From positions 8,774 to 72,773 of the forward strand of contig MGKE01000007.1 of assembly GCA_001794635.1 (NCBI GenBank): a stretch of DNA of 64,000 nucleotides, given 5' to 3'. Made by a program: the position numbers and the translations under genes. The notes under the pieces were generated by a model, which ran no database searches, was not told the origin of the DNA, and saw only the letters and a program-made list of their open reading frames with translations. The DNA comes from Candidatus Yanofskybacteria bacterium RIFCSPLOWO2_01_FULL_39_28. GTDB lineage: Bacteria > Patescibacteriota > Minisyncoccia > 2-02-FULL-40-12 > GWA2-44-9. The number at the start of each line of letters is the position of its first letter. Position 1 is the first letter of the stretch. Positions 61,325 to 64,000 of this stretch are shown one piece after another.

Positions 61325-61370
61325 TTACTATTAGGTAAATCTATCATATGATAGATTTACCTAATAGTAA
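61325..61370. repeat. 46-nt perfect palindrome, 12 nt upstream of PaaX-like gene B
   Basis: TTACTATTAGGTAAATCTATCAT|ATGATAGATTTACCTAATAGTAA. Confidence 0.95.
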
Positions 61371-61443
61371 ATTGTGTATACACATATCGCTTACTATAAT
61401 TCTACGTAAGCATTGAGCCAATAAAAAGAGGGCTATTTGCCCA

Positions 61444-61890
61444 CTAGGTTAAATGCTTAAGCATAACCGCACACTTCATGTATCTTTTAGTCGTAAACAT
61501 CCAGTAGTTTTTTATGTTTTCGGGAAGATTTTTTCTAGGACAAGTTAGGAAACCCCTTCTTTTATAAAAATTAAACCAGTAATACATTGTAACAAAAGCC
61601 ACTGTTTTGACGCCTCTTTCTTTGGCGACCTTTGTCCTGTGCTCTATTAACGCAGAACCAATACCCTGGTGACGAAATTCTTTTTTAACTACAATGGGGG
61701 TCAAAATTGCTACGTCGCGGCCATGAAAATCCAATCCGGCGCAGGCAATAACTCTTCCTCCGCTCTTTACGACCCAGAAATTTCTGATTGGTTCCCGCCT
61801 GTCGAGAGTCCCCATATTGGCTTCCCGTATCAAGCCAGTCATATCTTTCCTGTGTTTTTCATTTGCCTTTATTATTCTTGCCGTTGTCAT
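61444..61890 (-). CDS. GNAT family N-acetyltransferase
   Basis: VVKKEFRHQGIGSALI (motif A, Q/RxxGxG/A). Confidence 0.8.
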   Translation of the reverse strand: MTTARIIKANEKHRKDMTGLIREANMGTLDRREPIRNFWVVKSGGRVIACAGLDFHGRDVAILTPIVVKKEFRHQGIGSALIEHRTKVAKERGVKTVAFVTMYYWFNFYKRRGFLTCPRKNLPENIKNYWMFTTKRYMKCAVMLKHLT

Positions 61891-61940
61891 AGTTAATACC
61901 TCTTGGTATTATTAAAGAACATACTAAATACTAACTTAAA

Positions 61941-63011
61941 ATGAGCAAAGATCAAGAAATTAGAATTTTCTCGGGTATTCGGCCGAGTGGCAAATTACAC
62001 TTAGGTAATTATCTGGGAGCGATAAAAAATTGGCTTGCCCTGAGCGAAGCCGAAGGGATAGACCAGGCAATTTTTGCTGTGGTTGATTATCACGGCATAA
62101 CTACACCCTATGATCCCAAGACTTATCAGAAACAAATAATGGATGTGATTTTAGATTATCTCGCTGCCGGAGTTGATCCTGAAAAAGCGCTTCTTATACG
62201 CCAATCTAAAGTCCAGCAACACACAGAACTGGCTTGGATTTTTAGTACGATTACTCCGGTTGGTTGGCTTGAGCGTTTACCAAACTATAGAGAAAAAGTG
62301 AAAGAAGTTAAAAATATTGCCACGCCAGGATTAGGTGTTTACCACACTTCTGCTGAAAATTCTAGAAAAATAGAAGTATCGCATAGTTATGAGCACAATC
62401 TATCTCTTCTTGCCTACCCAGTTTTAATGGCTGCTGATATTTTGCTATATAAATCAAACCTTGTTCCTGTTGGAGAAGACCAGTTGGCTCATCTAAACAT
62501 AACTAATGAGATTGGAAATAAATTTAATCATCTTTTCGGTGAAGTTTTCCCAAACGTAAAAGCTCACATAGCTCAAGGAGCGCGGATTATGTCCCTTCAA
62601 GATCCGACAAAAAAAATGTCCAAGACGGGAGACGAAGGTATTGCCTTATCTGATGGCCCAGATACAATCATGGAAAAAATTAAAAAAGCCACGACTGATT
62701 CGGAAAAAGAAATTATTTTTAATGAAGAGAGTAAACCTGGCATTTCTAATCTGCTCACAATTTATTCTCTCCTTTCTGGAAAAGAAATAAAATCAATTGA
62801 AAAAGACTATAACAGTAAAACTTATGTTCATTTCAAAAACGACCTAGCCGAAGTGGTGATTAGTTTCCTCAAACCATTCCAGGAAAAAAGAAAAGGTTTT
62901 GAAAAAGATGTGGAACAAGTTGAAGCCATACTTGAAAACTCCGAAGAAAAAGCCATTAATATCGCCGCCAAAACAATGAAAGAGGTTAAAGAAAAGATGG
63001 GCTTGCTTTGA
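61941..63011 (+). CDS. trpS: Tryptophan--tRNA ligase
   Basis: SGIRPSGKLHLGNYLGA (HIGH-type), GEDQ, KMSKT. Confidence 0.93.
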   Translation: MSKDQEIRIFSGIRPSGKLHLGNYLGAIKNWLALSEAEGIDQAIFAVVDYHGITTPYDPKTYQKQIMDVILDYLAAGVDPEKALLIRQSKVQQHTELAWIFSTITPVGWLERLPNYREKVKEVKNIATPGLGVYHTSAENSRKIEVSHSYEHNLSLLAYPVLMAADILLYKSNLVPVGEDQLAHLNITNEIGNKFNHLFGEVFPNVKAHIAQGARIMSLQDPTKKMSKTGDEGIALSDGPDTIMEKIKKATTDSEKEIIFNEESKPGISNLLTIYSLLSGKEIKSIEKDYNSKTYVHFKNDLAEVVISFLKPFQEKRKGFEKDVEQVEAILENSEEKAINIAAKTMKEVKEKMGLL

Positions 63012-63025
63012 GCTAGCCGAAGAAT

Positions 63026-63817
63026 TTATTCTAGCAGATATTTAATTAACTTCTTGGTATCATCTGGCTCCTTAACCTCAAAACACAAAACTCCGGTTTT
63101 GAGAGTCGGCTCGTCATTGCCTTCATGAGTAAAATCATCCCCAACAAAAAGCATATTTTGAATAGGTGTGTTTAAATATTTCTCTATCTGTTTGATACCG
63201 TAACCCTTATCAATTCCTTTGCGTGTCACATCTATTGAAGTAAGGCCGGCTAACTTAACCTCCATATCCAACAGATGTTTCTGAAGAACTTCTTCTATTT
63301 TTAACCTTGTGTCAGAATGATTTTTATTCCATTTTTCTTTTAGCTCAAGTGGGGCTTCCTGGCCAAAAACTGAAAAAGTTACCTGGCTTCCCCTGTCTTC
63401 AATTAACTCGCCGTATATTTTTTCCGGGTGTTTATAATTAAGCTCTTGAAAAGTTTTCTCAAAAGCGGCCAGTATTTTTTCTTTTTCTTCTTTTGAAAAA
63501 TACTGACTATAAACTTCGGACCAATTACTGCCCTCGTATTTATAAAACGAAGTTGCTGTCATGGGAAACAGATAAAGATTAGCCAGAAGTTCTTTGGTTA
63601 CTAACAATTTAGACAAAAGTTGACGCTGAAATAATTCATATTTTCCTCCACCAATCACAGCTATCTTTTTTGTTTGAAGCAACTGGCCCAAAAGTAAACC
63701 CGTTTCTTGATCTACTGGCGATTTGCTTTCAGTCAGAGTTCCATCCAAATCAAAAACAACCAGCTTCTTATCTTTTGGAACATCATCTAAACTGTTTAAG
63801 GGTTTGTTGGTTTTCAT
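63026..63817 (-). CDS. HAD-IIB family hydrolase (phosphomannomutase/Cof-like)
   Basis: VVFDLDGTLT (motif I), capped IIB layout, GDDFTHEGNDE (motif IV-like). Confidence 0.75.
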   Translation of the reverse strand: MKTNKPLNSLDDVPKDKKLVVFDLDGTLTESKSPVDQETGLLLGQLLQTKKIAVIGGGKYELFQRQLLSKLLVTKELLANLYLFPMTATSFYKYEGSNWSEVYSQYFSKEEKEKILAAFEKTFQELNYKHPEKIYGELIEDRGSQVTFSVFGQEAPLELKEKWNKNHSDTRLKIEEVLQKHLLDMEVKLAGLTSIDVTRKGIDKGYGIKQIEKYLNTPIQNMLFVGDDFTHEGNDEPTLKTGVLCFEVKEPDDTKKLIKYLLE

Positions 63818-63878
63818 TGAAAATTGTTTTATTATATATTATACTATTTTCCAGTACATAATTAAAGCTGGATAAACT

Positions 63879-64000
63879 GTGGCCAACTCAGAAAAGAAAT
63901 TAAGTTTGGGAATATTTGGCACAGCAAAAAATGGCCAGAATAAATACTTAATGGTTAAACATGCTTACGGACTTAAAAAATGGTCATTGCCAGGGGGAGG
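63879..64000 (+). CDS. Possible NUDIX hydrolase, N-terminal fragment (runs off the window)
   Basis: Open frame to the window end. ...KYLMVKHAYGLKKWSLPGG resembles the stretch preceding a Nudix box. Start codon uncertain (GTG at 63879). Confidence 0.35.
   Translation, partial: MANSEKKLSLGIFGTAKNGQNKYLMVKHAYGLKKWSLPGG

Overview
A 64-kb low-GC bacterial chromosome segment with no rRNA genes and no CRISPR array. I cannot assign a taxon without a database search. An Omp85-type barrel gene suggests a diderm envelope. The left ~13 kb is accessory. It holds the 3' end of a type I hsdR, a large serine recombinase, an RNase H-like gene, and a type II R-M pair (a beta-class methyltransferase with an internal degenerate repeat plus a DpnII-like nuclease). 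Next comes a ~7-kb phage-derived, satellite-like module: TerS-like, HhH-like and wHTH genes plus unknown membrane proteins. That module ends in a second large serine recombinase whose last ~15 codons are read from the 3' exon of a tRNA-Asn(GUU) gene. The tRNA is split in its anticodon loop by a compact 179-nt group I (IC3-like) intron, which is the best-supported unusual feature in the window. The remaining ~50 kb is mostly core. From 15 to 53 kb it lies almost entirely on the minus strand and includes a DEAD-box helicase, a MacAB-like ABC exporter, rpoD, dnaG, purF and a secreted/outer-membrane cluster (GWxTD-like lipoprotein, HExxH-PD40-Omp85 fusion). Further along that stretch come bcp, rdgB, htpX, lemA, pyrG, groES-groEL and a MoxR-DUF58-vWA (Bat-like) cluster flanked by serine proteases. 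From 53 kb on, most genes are on the plus strand: uvrC, secG, a family-5 SBP, tRNA-Leu, RNase J and trpS. Four other signals are not explained by the gene list. (1) Two PaaX-like wHTH/Cas2-like-fold genes are each bracketed on both sides by their own 30-46-nt perfect palindromes centred on CATATG, with compensatory arm changes. (2) Two ~235-240-nt rod-like structured elements flank a dehydrogenase gene. (3) Heptanucleotide tandem repeats occur at three sites, one inside the signal-peptide codons of the Omp85-fusion gene, making it a phase-variation candidate. (4) A promoter-to-terminator candidate sRNA lies between two convergent genes. All family assignments come from motif recognition by eye; no searches were run.
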